Source of the DNA: an uncultured Thermoplasmata archaeon
GTDB lineage: Archaea; Thermoplasmatota; Thermoplasmata; Lutacidiplasmatales; UBA184
Assembly: GCA_963749235.1 (NCBI GenBank)
Contig: CAVVLV010000001.1
Location: forward strand, 1,083,039-1,147,038
Length of the DNA stretch: 64,000 nt
Direction of reading: 5' to 3'
The position numbers and the translations under genes are program-made. The notes beneath the pieces are model-generated. The model saw only the letters and a program-made list of their open reading frames with translations. It was not told the origin of the DNA and searched no databases. This document shows, piece by piece, positions 55,530 through 63,777 of the stretch (the first letter of the stretch is position 1; each line of letters begins with the position of its first letter).

Positions 55530-55907
55530 ATGTCCGCTCCTATTGCGTCCCGACCCCTTGGCGTCGCCGGCATTGCCGTCCTCATGGGCATCCTCGGATT
55601 CATCGTCCTGCTCGGAGGGGTCCTGGTCCTCGCGGGGATCACGGCGAGCGCGTTCCTGGGGGCCCCGGCCTTCTTCGGGGAGGTCGGGTTGGGACTCGGT
55701 CTCATCCTGGTCATCTTCGGTCTGATCGTGCTGGCCGTCGCCTACGGACTGTACGACCTGCACATGTGGGCGCTCGCACTCGCCATCATCGTGCTCTTGG
55801 TCTACCTCGTTTCCTACGCGCTCGCGGGTGCGTACTACAGCCTCGGGTTCATCCTATCCCTCATCGTCTTCGTCTACCTGCTCGCCGTCTCCCGTCACTT
55901 TTCCTAA
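55530..55907 (+). CDS. small 4-TM membrane protein, paralog A (125 aa)
   Basis: ORF 55530..55907 aligns without gaps to the ORF at 56051..56428. They share the motifs GILGF, LAVAYGL(Y/W)DL.MWAL and an identical C-terminus, YLLAVSRHFS. Confidence 0.6.
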   Translation: MSAPIASRPLGVAGIAVLMGILGFIVLLGGVLVLAGITASAFLGAPAFFGEVGLGLGLILVIFGLIVLAVAYGLYDLHMWALALAIIVLLVYLVSYALAGAYYSLGFILSLIVFVYLLAVSRHFS

Positions 55908-56050
55908 GCACCCCCGTGCGGGCGATGCACCCCCGGCGATGAGGGGCTGGCCACGGTTGGCGGGCGCTGGGCAAGCTTGATTCCAATTAAGGGGCGATTG
56001 ATGTATTCCAACGAAATGGAGACCTTGGAGACCTCGCGAAGTCAGCATCT

Positions 56051-56428
56051 ATGTCAGGGTACCGTTCCTCTCTCCCGGTCGGCGTCGCCATCATCGCCAT
56101 CCTCATCGGAATTCTAGGCTTCTTCACGCTGCTCTTCGGGATCCTCGTCCTCGTGGGCATTGGCGCCAGCGCCTACTTCGGCGTCCCCGTCTTCCTCGGT
56201 GTCGGTGGCCTGACCCTCGCGCTCATCGTGATCATCCTGGGGATCGTCGAGCTCGCGGTCGCCTACGGGCTCTGGGACCTGAACATGTGGGCCCTCGTGC
56301 TCGCCATCCTGGTCCTCATCGTGGAGATGGCGATCTACGGCCTCGCGGGCGCATTCTTGAGCCTCGGGTTCCTCCTCTCGCTCGTGCTCTTCATCTACCT
56401 CCTCGCGGTGTCCCGACACTTTTCGTGA
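56051..56428 (+). CDS. small 4-TM membrane protein, paralog B (125 aa)
   Basis: ORF 56051..56428 is a tandem duplicate of 55530..55907, with the same length and the same C-terminal decapeptide. Confidence 0.6.
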   Translation: MSGYRSSLPVGVAIIAILIGILGFFTLLFGILVLVGIGASAYFGVPVFLGVGGLTLALIVIILGIVELAVAYGLWDLNMWALVLAILVLIVEMAIYGLAGAFLSLGFLLSLVLFIYLLAVSRHFS

Positions 56429-56512
56429 AGCGCCAGCGCCGGGCCCCACTTTCGCGCCGGACCGACGCACCTGTTATCAACCGGGGTGCCTCCTCCGCCC
56501 GCGGGGTACTCC

Positions 56513-57517
56513 GTGAAACTCGTCCACTTCACGCTCGCCGACCAGTTCCACTTCGGCATGATCACCGACGCCAACGAGTTCATCGACCTCGACACCGCGT
56601 GCCGGGACTACTTCGGCGTCAACCCGATCAAGGGGGCCGACCCGAGCCGGTTCCGCGACATGCAGGCATTCTTCCAGGGCGGGGCCGACTCGGTCCAGGT
56701 GACCCGGAAGATCCTCGAGTACATCGAGCGGCGACGCGCGGCGGGGTGGACGCCCCGCGCGGCGACCGGCGCCCGCTTCCTGTTCAAGCCCGAGGAGGGC
56801 GTCAAGCTGCTCGCCCCGGTCGTGCGCGGGGTCAAGATCTACTGCCTCGCGGCCAACTCGAAGAGCCACCTGGCGGAACAGGGGAAGCCGACCCCGAAGC
56901 AGCCGTATGTCTTCACCCGATTCTTCAACAGCCTGGTCGGGCCAAGCGAGGCGCTCTTGCTCAATCCAGTCGGGGCGTTCCCGGACGTGGAACTGGAGCT
57001 CGCCCTCGTCATCGGTTTGCGGGGCAAACACATCCCGGCTGCGAAGGCGATGGACTACGTCGCGGGCTACACGATCGCCCTCGACATGGGCTACCGCGAC
57101 CTCCAGTACCCCGCGGAAGGGCCGGTCGATTGGACGATGGGCAAGGGGTTCGACGGAACGATGGCGGTCGGCCCGTGGGTGGTCCCGAAGGAAGAGGTCG
57201 GCGAACCCTACCCTCTCCGCATGGAGCTCAAGGTCGGGGGCCAGGTCCGCCAGCTCGGCGACACTTCGGACTACGTCTTCCGCATCCCCCAGATCCTGGC
57301 CCACTTCTCCCAGGGGATCACGTTCGAGCCGGGGGACATCATCTCCCTCGGCAGCCTGGGCGGCACCCCCGGCTTCGAGTTCGGCAAGGAGTCCCGCAAG
57401 CTGAAGGCGGGGGACGTGATCGAGGCCCAGATCGAGAAGATCGGTCGCCTCGTCCTTCCGGTCAAACCCGAAGCGTCGCTTCCCCCCGCAGGATCAGGAA
57501 CAGCGCCGCCGGCGTAG
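56513..57517 (+). CDS. fumarylacetoacetate hydrolase family protein
   Basis: Lies in ORF 56486..57517. The likely start is GTG 56513 (VKLVHFTLAD), downstream of the TATA-like GTTATCAA (56473-56480). It has an FAH fold (FTRFFNSLVGP, ELELALVIG, GTPGFEFG). Confidence 0.85.
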   Translation: MKLVHFTLADQFHFGMITDANEFIDLDTACRDYFGVNPIKGADPSRFRDMQAFFQGGADSVQVTRKILEYIERRRAAGWTPRAATGARFLFKPEEGVKLLAPVVRGVKIYCLAANSKSHLAEQGKPTPKQPYVFTRFFNSLVGPSEALLLNPVGAFPDVELELALVIGLRGKHIPAAKAMDYVAGYTIALDMGYRDLQYPAEGPVDWTMGKGFDGTMAVGPWVVPKEEVGEPYPLRMELKVGGQVRQLGDTSDYVFRIPQILAHFSQGITFEPGDIISLGSLGGTPGFEFGKESRKLKAGDVIEAQIEKIGRLVLPVKPEASLPPAGSGTAPPA

Positions 57518-58698
57518 GGAACTCCTTCTCGTCGCCCGTGCTCCCCTCAAGGGAGGTCGCGCCCCAAGGATACGCCACGGGTCCGTTCAGCGTCACCCGG
57601 GTACGATCGTGGGCGGCCGCGGGGACCGGGGCATCCCGAAGCGGGTCGAACCGATCGAGGGCCGCCCGTTCGAGCAGGAGCACGCGCAGGCCGGTGCCGC
57701 CGTGCAGAGAACCGGGCAGTCGGATGAGACGGTGGACGTCGGTCGTTACCGGAGCATCCGTTTCGCCCTGCACCTCGATGGCTGCGCGCGGGACGACCGC
57801 CTCCAGGAACTCTTCGCGGAGAGCCGGCGTGAGGGACGGAAGGGTCCGCGAAGCGCGGATCTTCTCGACCCCGCCTTCCTCCAGCAGCAGCTTGGCGAGC
57901 TTGTGAGCGTGGGGTTTGGGGATCCCCCACGCCACCATCTCCTTCGTGGCCGCGGCCGCCCCCGCGTTCTCCCATCGCGACAGGATCTGAAGCAGGGCCC
58001 GCGTCGTCCGGCCTCTCCAGCCCGCCGCGTCCGCTGGGGCGATGTCCCGCAGCTGGACGGTCCCTCGACGGACCCCCAGTCTCCCATCGGTCCCGTCCTC
58101 GGAGACCGCCATGTGACGGGCCCCGACGGCCAGTCGCGCATCGAACCCCGTCCCCTGGATGTAGTCGACCAGCTCCCGCCGTTCGGGGCTGGTGAGGGGA
58201 AGGAAGCGCTCGTCCCGGACGTGGACGTGGTAGCCGCGGCCGCCGGAGAAGACGAGGTGCATCTCTTCCGGCGGGATCCCGAAGTCCCCGACGAGGAAGT
58301 CGTCGACCAGGTCCTGGAGGCGGGTTTTCACCAGCTGGAGCTGATGGGGGTAGTCGAGCTCTTCTGCGCCGCGGAGGTGGTCGGCGTCCAGGTCGAAAAT
58401 CAGGTCGGCGCCCAGCCACTCCTTCCGGGCCATTGTCGGCTCCGCGGGCCAGCGGTAGTACGCGGTGGAGTAGTAGACGTGACGCGGAACCTCCCGGATC
58501 AGGGTACTGCTGGAACTCCTCGGGAGAACGAAGGGTCGTGTGCCGTCGCATACTCATCTCGGCGCCGAAGGGGAACGCCGCGAACTCCCGCCGATCCAGC
58601 CGGTGCGGAGGAGCGGGGGGGTGGGCCTCGTAGTAGGACCGGAACTGAGCCTGGGCCCAGGCGAGCCCGGCGCCCTCGAGCGCGACCGTCTTCGCCAC
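57462..58698 (-). CDS. priS: DNA primase small (catalytic) subunit PriS, split by a frameshift
   Basis: The N-terminus starts at GTG 58698 (VAKTVALEG...FRSYYEAHPP...REFAAFPFG...EEFQQY) in the frame of ORF 57547..59322. The rest is in ORF 57462..58433 and its upstream extension (LIREVPRHVYYSTAYYRWP...LIFDLDADH...GGRGYHVHV). An extra base sits in the G run at 58502-58504. Confidence 0.85.
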
Positions 58699-58700
58699 GC

Positions 58701-59270
58701 CTACTCCTCGAGAGCGGGGCCGGACGGGCCCAGGGCCTCCTCGACCTCCGCGTCGCGGCGGAGCCGGGCGAGGAGGTGGAAGACCGTGGAGTGCTCGCTC
58801 CCACGGAGGAGCAGCTCGACCGCGCGGGTGGCCCGCTCGAGCTGGTCTTCCTGGCCGATCAGGGCGACGGTCGCCCCGTACACGCTCATCGAGCACCCGG
58901 AGAGCTCCTCGATCCGAGCCCGGGCCTGGCCGCGGGTCCCGATCACGCGCGACCGGATCCGGCGCAGCGCGGCCTTCTCCTTGTGGCCCGTCGTGACCTT
59001 GATGTCGAGGATGCCGAGGTACGTGTCCTCCTTCAAGAGGCGTTTCGCACGCTCGGGGGAGAACCCCCGGCCGATCGCGAGGACGATGTCCCGGGCCTGC
59101 ATGACCCGGAGCGCGTCGGTGTCGGGTCCGCTGATCCGGACCTCTCCCTCTTTCGCGTCCACGAGGACTTCCGTCGAGGTCGCCTCGGCAATCTCCCGTC
59201 GGGTGCGTCCTCCGGCTCCGATAAGGACGCCCACCCGGTCCTCCGGGATCCGAGCGTAGAGGGTCGTCAT
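58701..59270 (-). CDS. KH-domain RNA-binding protein (archaeal Dim2/Pno1 homologue)
   Basis: ORF 58701..59270 has two KH-type units (VGVLIGAGGRTRREIE-like, RVIGTRGQARARIE). It lies downstream of rio1, as in many archaea. Confidence 0.8.
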   Translation of the reverse strand: MTTLYARIPEDRVGVLIGAGGRTRREIAEATSTEVLVDAKEGEVRISGPDTDALRVMQARDIVLAIGRGFSPERAKRLLKEDTYLGILDIKVTTGHKEKAALRRIRSRVIGTRGQARARIEELSGCSMSVYGATVALIGQEDQLERATRAVELLLRGSEHSTVFHLLARLRRDAEVEEALGPSGPALEE

Positions 59271-60046
59271 CGTCGGTTCTCCTCGGGCTCCGGCCGGATC
59301 GCGGTGCCGCCCACGGCTTCAAGGAACTCCTCCGGCTCCACCTCGAAACCCAGACGGGACAGGAACTTGGCGTAATTGCCGATGTCGCGTTCCAAGAGGG
59401 CGAACGCCTGGGGATGGTCGACGGGAACCGCCTGGGCCACGTCGATGAGGACCACTTCCCCCTCGTACAGGAGGGTGTTGTAGGGTGAAAGGTCCCCGTG
59501 GACCAGCTTCGCGGTCCGGATCATCCGGCCGATCTGCTGGACGAGAGCCTCGTAGATGGCGCCCGGGTTTTCGATCTGGGCGTCCCGCAATCGAGGAGCG
59601 GCGCCGTAGGCGTTCCCGATGTACTCCATCACGAGGATGTTGCGGAAGTGGCCGTACGGCTTGGGGGCCCGAACCTCAGCATCGGCGAGGCGGCAGAGGA
59701 TGGTGTGCTCCCGCCGGGTCCAGGCAAAGATGAGCCCGCCAAAGTTGCGGACGCTCGTCTCCCGTCGGAGTTCCTCGAGCGCGTAGGGCGGAAGGTTGTG
59801 GAAGGTCGTGTTCGCGATGCGGTAGATCTTGACCGCCCGGAACTCCGCGCCCGCCGTGGCTCGGAAGACGCCTCCCTCCTTTCCGGTCGCGACCGGTCGG
59901 TCGATGGAATCGAACTGTCCGCGGTTGATCAGACGGGACACGGCAAGTAGGGTCGAATGGTCGAAGAACTGGTCGAGGAGGTCGCGGTGCGATTCCTCCT
60001 TGCGACGGTCCTCGAACCGTTCGCGGCGACGGGGCAGTACAGACGT
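59267..60046 (-). CDS. rio1: RIO-type serine/threonine protein kinase (Rio1), start unresolved
   Basis: ORF 59267..59941 plus its in-frame upstream extension to 60046 gives RERFEDRRKEESHRDLLDQFFDHSTLLAVSRLINRGQF (RIO N-terminal helix). Further motifs are ATGKEGGVF, AVKIYR, LVHGDLSPYN and IDVAQAV. No ATG/GTG/TTG lies between the in-frame TAG (60049..60047) and 59941. Confidence 0.8.
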   Translation of the reverse strand, partial: TSVLPRRRERFEDRRKEESHRDLLDQFFDHSTLLAVSRLINRGQFDSIDRPVATGKEGGVFRATAGAEFRAVKIYRIANTTFHNLPPYALEELRRETSVRNFGGLIFAWTRREHTILCRLADAEVRAPKPYGHFRNILVMEYIGNAYGAAPRLRDAQIENPGAIYEALVQQIGRMIRTAKLVHGDLSPYNTLLYEGEVVLIDVAQAVPVDHPQAFALLERDIGNYAKFLSRLGFEVEPEEFLEAVGGTAIRPEPEENRR

Positions 60047-60185
60047 CTACGGGGCGGGGCACGGGCACATGACACCTTCTCGCTCTCTTAGTCTCTCGCG
60101 GGAGTTCGGACCAGGGTCCGAAATGGCCGGGGAGTGTTGCGAGCGTAACCTCGTCTATATCCGCACCGCCGAACTTCTCTGTCCA

Positions 60186-60755
60186 ATGGCGCCCCCGTTC
60201 CTCTCCGCACCGACCCCCCGCGGCTCCCGGCCGACCGCTCCCGCTCCCCGCCCGGCGATCGCCCGGTCGAGTGATCTGGGCCAGCGCCTGGAGCGGCCCG
60301 CCGACTACGACCAGATCTTCCGCGTGGTACGCGGTGCGGTCCGTTCGGTCCTCGGCATCGAGCGACCCGGCCTGGGTCTGACCCTCTCGGACCTCCCCCC
60401 CCAGTTGGGAGCCTACTGGCAGATCACCGGGAACATGATCGTTCTCAACGAGGGGTTGGTCGACGCCATGCGGGCCCACGCCGGCAGCGCCCTGGAACTG
60501 AATTCGTTCGTCTACGTGATCCTCGCCCACGAGTACCTTCACTCCCTTGGATACCTGGACGAGGGCGCCGTTCGAGAGGTTACTGCACGGGTGACCCGAA
60601 GTGCCTTCGGCCCCGACCATCCGGCGACCAAGATGGCCGAGGGGAATCTCTGGCAGATGTACCCGTTCCTCTCATACGCCCGCGGCGGGCGAGGCCGTCA
60701 CTTGAAAGTCGTCACGCGCTTCGACCTCGACACGACCCAGACCTACATCCGGTAA
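60186..60755 (+). CDS. hypothetical protein with an HExxH motif (possible zinc metallopeptidase-like)
   Basis: This is the 3' part of ORF 59829..60755: ...VYVILAHEYLHSLGYLDEG... The start is uncertain (ATG at 60069, 60123 or 60186). The 5' part of the ORF is antisense to rio1. Confidence 0.5.
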   Translation: MAPPFLSAPTPRGSRPTAPAPRPAIARSSDLGQRLERPADYDQIFRVVRGAVRSVLGIERPGLGLTLSDLPPQLGAYWQITGNMIVLNEGLVDAMRAHAGSALELNSFVYVILAHEYLHSLGYLDEGAVREVTARVTRSAFGPDHPATKMAEGNLWQMYPFLSYARGGRGRHLKVVTRFDLDTTQTYIR

Positions 60756-60819
60756 GTCCCGCCGAGATCGGTCCATCGCGGACCTTATCACCGAGATTGT
60801 ACTCCCTTTCCCCGAACCC

Positions 60820-61293
60820 ATGATCATGGTCAACGAGGGAGCCGGGGTGGCCATCGTCATCGTCGGCATCGTCCTCTTGGCGTTCGAATTGGTTCACCCG
60901 GGAGCCCTCCTGCTCATCCCTGCCTCGATCCTGATCGCCGCGGGCTTCCTCTACCTGTTCCTCCCGAACGTGTTGCTGGACAGCCCCGTGGGGCCCATCG
61001 TCGTCGTCCTGGCGGCGTTCGGGGGCGCCCTCGTTGAGATCCCCTACTACCGGTGGGTGGCCCCGGTGCATAAACCGATGAGTACGACGACGAGGGGTCT
61101 CATCGGCGAGGAGGCGATCGTCATCGTCTCGGTGGAGCCGAACAATCTCCGGGGGAAGGTCAAGTTCCGGTCCGAGATCTGGTCTGCCCGCTCGGATCGT
61201 CCGATCCCGGTCGGAACTCGGGTGAAAGTCACCAAGGGCGAGGGCGTTTCCGTGACGGTCCAACCGATCGACTCGACCAAGTCGGACGCCTGA
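60820..61293 (+). CDS. NfeD-family membrane protein
   Basis: ORF 60820..61293 has three TM helices and then a C-terminal OB-fold domain (LIGEEAIVIVSVEPNNLRGKVKFRSEIWSARSD...GTRVKVTKGEGVSVTVQP). It lies upstream of an SPFH gene. Confidence 0.8.
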   Translation: MIMVNEGAGVAIVIVGIVLLAFELVHPGALLLIPASILIAAGFLYLFLPNVLLDSPVGPIVVVLAAFGGALVEIPYYRWVAPVHKPMSTTTRGLIGEEAIVIVSVEPNNLRGKVKFRSEIWSARSDRPIPVGTRVKVTKGEGVSVTVQPIDSTKSDA

Positions 61294-61389
61294 ATGTCCC
61301 CGCGCGGAATAGGAAAGGGTTACACCCACCCCTCGCTTCCCCGCAGCACGAGAGCGGCAGCCGGCTCGGAGTGAGGTAGAGGATCGGCC

Positions 61390-62637
61390 ATGGATTACAC
61401 GTTCGTCATTCTCGGGGTCGTTCTCCTCGTCGTCGCGCTCCTCATCCTGCTCACCCGGATGTTCTACACGATCCAACCGTACCAGCAGGGGATCGTTACC
61501 CTCTTGGGCTCGTACAAGCGGATGCTGAACCCGGGGTTCAACGTCGTGAGCCCCCTCGCCCAGGTGCTCAAGATCGACTTGCGTACCCAGGTCCTCGAGG
61601 TGCCCCGCCAAGAGGTCATCACGAAGGACAACTCGCCCACGAACGTCGACGCGATCATCTACATCAAGGTCGTCGACGCACCCAAAGCGATCTTCCAGGT
61701 CCAGAACTTCCAGGTCGCCACCCTCGCGCTCGCCCAGACCACGCTCCGGTCGATCATCGGCGACATGGAACTGGACGAGGTCCTGTACAACCGGGAGCGG
61801 ATCAATACCCGGCTCCGGGACATCCTCGACGAGTCCACGGACAAGTGGGGCGTTCGCGTCGAAGCAGTCGAGATCAAGGAGGTCGACCCCGTCGGCCCAG
61901 TCAAGACCGCGATGGAGGAGCAGACCTCCGCCGAGCGGCAACGACGCGCGGCGGTCCTCCGGGCGGACGGCGAGAAGCGCAGCGCCATCCTCGTGGCAGA
62001 AGGTCAGAAGCGCTCCCGGATCCTTCAGGCCGAGGGCGTTCGGCAGTCCCAGATCCTCGAGGCCGAGGGCGCTCGGGTCGCCACCATCCTTCAAGCGCAA
62101 GGAGAGGCCCAGCGGCTCCGCATCCTATCCTTGGGTTCGAGCGTCCTCGACGCCAAGGCCCTCACCGTGCTCTCCTTGGACACCATCACCAACTTGGGGA
62201 ACGGCCAAGCCACGAAGATCCTCTTCCCCTTCGAGTTCTCGCGGATCGTCGAAGGCGCCTCCGAGTATCTCGGGAGCGGCCGGACCGTCCCCGACCGACA
62301 ATTGAACACCCTCGATGACCTCGAGAAGCGCATCGGGTCGATGGACGACATCTTGGGGCCGATCCCGAAGCAGGAGGAGCTCCTCTCCGAGATCCGTTCG
62401 ATCGAGGAGGAGATCAAGGCCGAGTCGGACGAATCCTCCGCGATTGTCAACCCGCACGGCGGCAAGACCAAGGTCAGCATGACCCCGGGGCTGCCCGACG
62501 CCGACCAGTTCGCCCCGCCTCCGCCGCCGGGGCCCGCGGCCGAGCATACTGGGTCCGCGCCGCCGGACATCCCGCGGGCCAATTCGGGTTCGATCCCGGA
62601 CCAGCCGCCCCGCCGACCTCGGCCGCCGCCAACGTAG
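61390..62637 (+). CDS. SPFH/band-7 (stomatin-like) protein with a long coiled-coil and Pro-rich tail
   Basis: ORF 61390..62637 has an N-terminal TM, a PHB domain (VITKDNSPTNVDAIIYIKV...TTLRSIIGDMELDEVL...WGVRVEAVEIKEV) and EA-repeat helices. Confidence 0.9.
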   Translation: MDYTFVILGVVLLVVALLILLTRMFYTIQPYQQGIVTLLGSYKRMLNPGFNVVSPLAQVLKIDLRTQVLEVPRQEVITKDNSPTNVDAIIYIKVVDAPKAIFQVQNFQVATLALAQTTLRSIIGDMELDEVLYNRERINTRLRDILDESTDKWGVRVEAVEIKEVDPVGPVKTAMEEQTSAERQRRAAVLRADGEKRSAILVAEGQKRSRILQAEGVRQSQILEAEGARVATILQAQGEAQRLRILSLGSSVLDAKALTVLSLDTITNLGNGQATKILFPFEFSRIVEGASEYLGSGRTVPDRQLNTLDDLEKRIGSMDDILGPIPKQEELLSEIRSIEEEIKAESDESSAIVNPHGGKTKVSMTPGLPDADQFAPPPPPGPAAEHTGSAPPDIPRANSGSIPDQPPRRPRPPPT

Positions 62638-62643
62638 GTCCGG

Positions 62644-62880
62644 CTACCCTCGGTTAGCGCGGGGCCGCTCCGTGGACTCGGCCCGCAATGCCGCGACGAT
62701 CCTCGGGATCTCGTAGTCGAGGTTCTCCACCACCTTGTCGCCCACGGGTCGCCGCTGCAGGATCAGTCCCCTACGGGAGCCGAGGAAGAGGTACGAACGG
62801 TCCTTCATATCGACCCCGAAACAGAACCCGTGGTCGGAGAACAGGTACTTGAGGAACAGGCGCTCGGAGTAGATCTTCAC
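62644..62880 (-). CDS. hypothetical small protein (78 aa)
   Basis: ORF 62644..62880 has a GTG start. TTTATTAG (complement of 62923-62930) lies about 40 nt upstream of it. It is beta-rich (KIYSERLFLKYLFSDHGFCFGVDMKDRSYLFLG); I recognise no motif. Confidence 0.45.
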   Translation of the reverse strand: MKIYSERLFLKYLFSDHGFCFGVDMKDRSYLFLGSRRGLILQRRPVGDKVVENLDYEIPRIVAALRAESTERPRANRG

Positions 62881-62994
62881 AGCCCCCCCAGTTCCGACGC
62901 GCTCGCCACCGGTCCACTTCTAATAAACCCCCGCGCGGGGACCGTCGACTCCCGGGCAGGCCCCTGTTAAGGGAGGCCCCGATGTCGCGGACGC

Positions 62995-63777
62995 GTGTCT
63001 ACCCGGACCCCGCCTTCCCCGAACCCCTCCGGCGTCGATGTCCTCTTGATCACGTTCAACTCGGCCGCCACCCTAGAGGAATGCCTCTCTGCCATCGTCC
63101 GCTACATTCCGGTCCATCACCTGATCCTGGTGGACCGCTTCAGCACGGACGGGACGCCGGAGATCGCCGCCCGGTTCGGAGCCCGCGTCGTTCAGGAGGA
63201 GACCGGCGGAGGGAGCGCCCGACTTCGGGCCCTCAGCCTGGCCGATACCGAGCTCGCGCTTTTCGTCGACGGCGACGTGGTCGTGCAACGGCCCGACTTC
63301 TTTGTGCAAGCGATGCGGGAGCTCGAGCGACCCCGGACCCGGGCGGTCGTCGGCAGTTCGGTCGGGCATCCCTTCCAGTACGGTCTGCCGCTCGGCTTGA
63401 CCCTATTCTCCCGGGAGTGGGGACGGATGGCGGGGATGTCCGTCGAAGGGCAAGGGCAGGAGACCTACGCGTTCCGCCGGGCGGTTCGAGCGGAAGGGGC
63501 GCGCGTGGGCTACGTCGCGGAGGCCATGGTCCACCGCGGGACGTTTCGATCCGTCCCCACCTGGCCGGAATGGCAGGGCGCCCAGACCCGGCTGGTCGCC
63601 CGCGGTTCCCTCTACGAGCTGCTGTACTCCTTCCTGGTCGTGTTCCTCATTCACGTCAACAGCCGCCGGTTTCGCAACGTCCTCTACACTCCCATCTTCT
63701 GGTCCAAGTTCCTTCGGGGGTACATGAACCCCGAGCGGTGGCGGACGATCGACCGCCGACGCGTCCCTCAGGCTTAG
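62995..63777 (+). CDS. family 2 glycosyltransferase
   Basis: ORF 62995..63777 reads VDVLLITFNSAATLEECLSAI...LVDRFSTDGT...FVDGDVVV (DxD). The start is ambiguous: ATG 62982 has GGGAGG 5 nt upstream but is in another frame, so a 5' indel is possible. Confidence 0.8.
   Translation: MSTRTPPSPNPSGVDVLLITFNSAATLEECLSAIVRYIPVHHLILVDRFSTDGTPEIAARFGARVVQEETGGGSARLRALSLADTELALFVDGDVVVQRPDFFVQAMRELERPRTRAVVGSSVGHPFQYGLPLGLTLFSREWGRMAGMSVEGQGQETYAFRRAVRAEGARVGYVAEAMVHRGTFRSVPTWPEWQGAQTRLVARGSLYELLYSFLVVFLIHVNSRRFRNVLYTPIFWSKFLRGYMNPERWRTIDRRRVPQA

Noticed and set aside
60047-60049. The in-frame TAG in rio1 as a pyrrolysine codon.
   Set aside because: TAG clearly terminates several well-defined genes in this window, and no Pyl machinery is visible. 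Sequence error or an indel is the more economical explanation.
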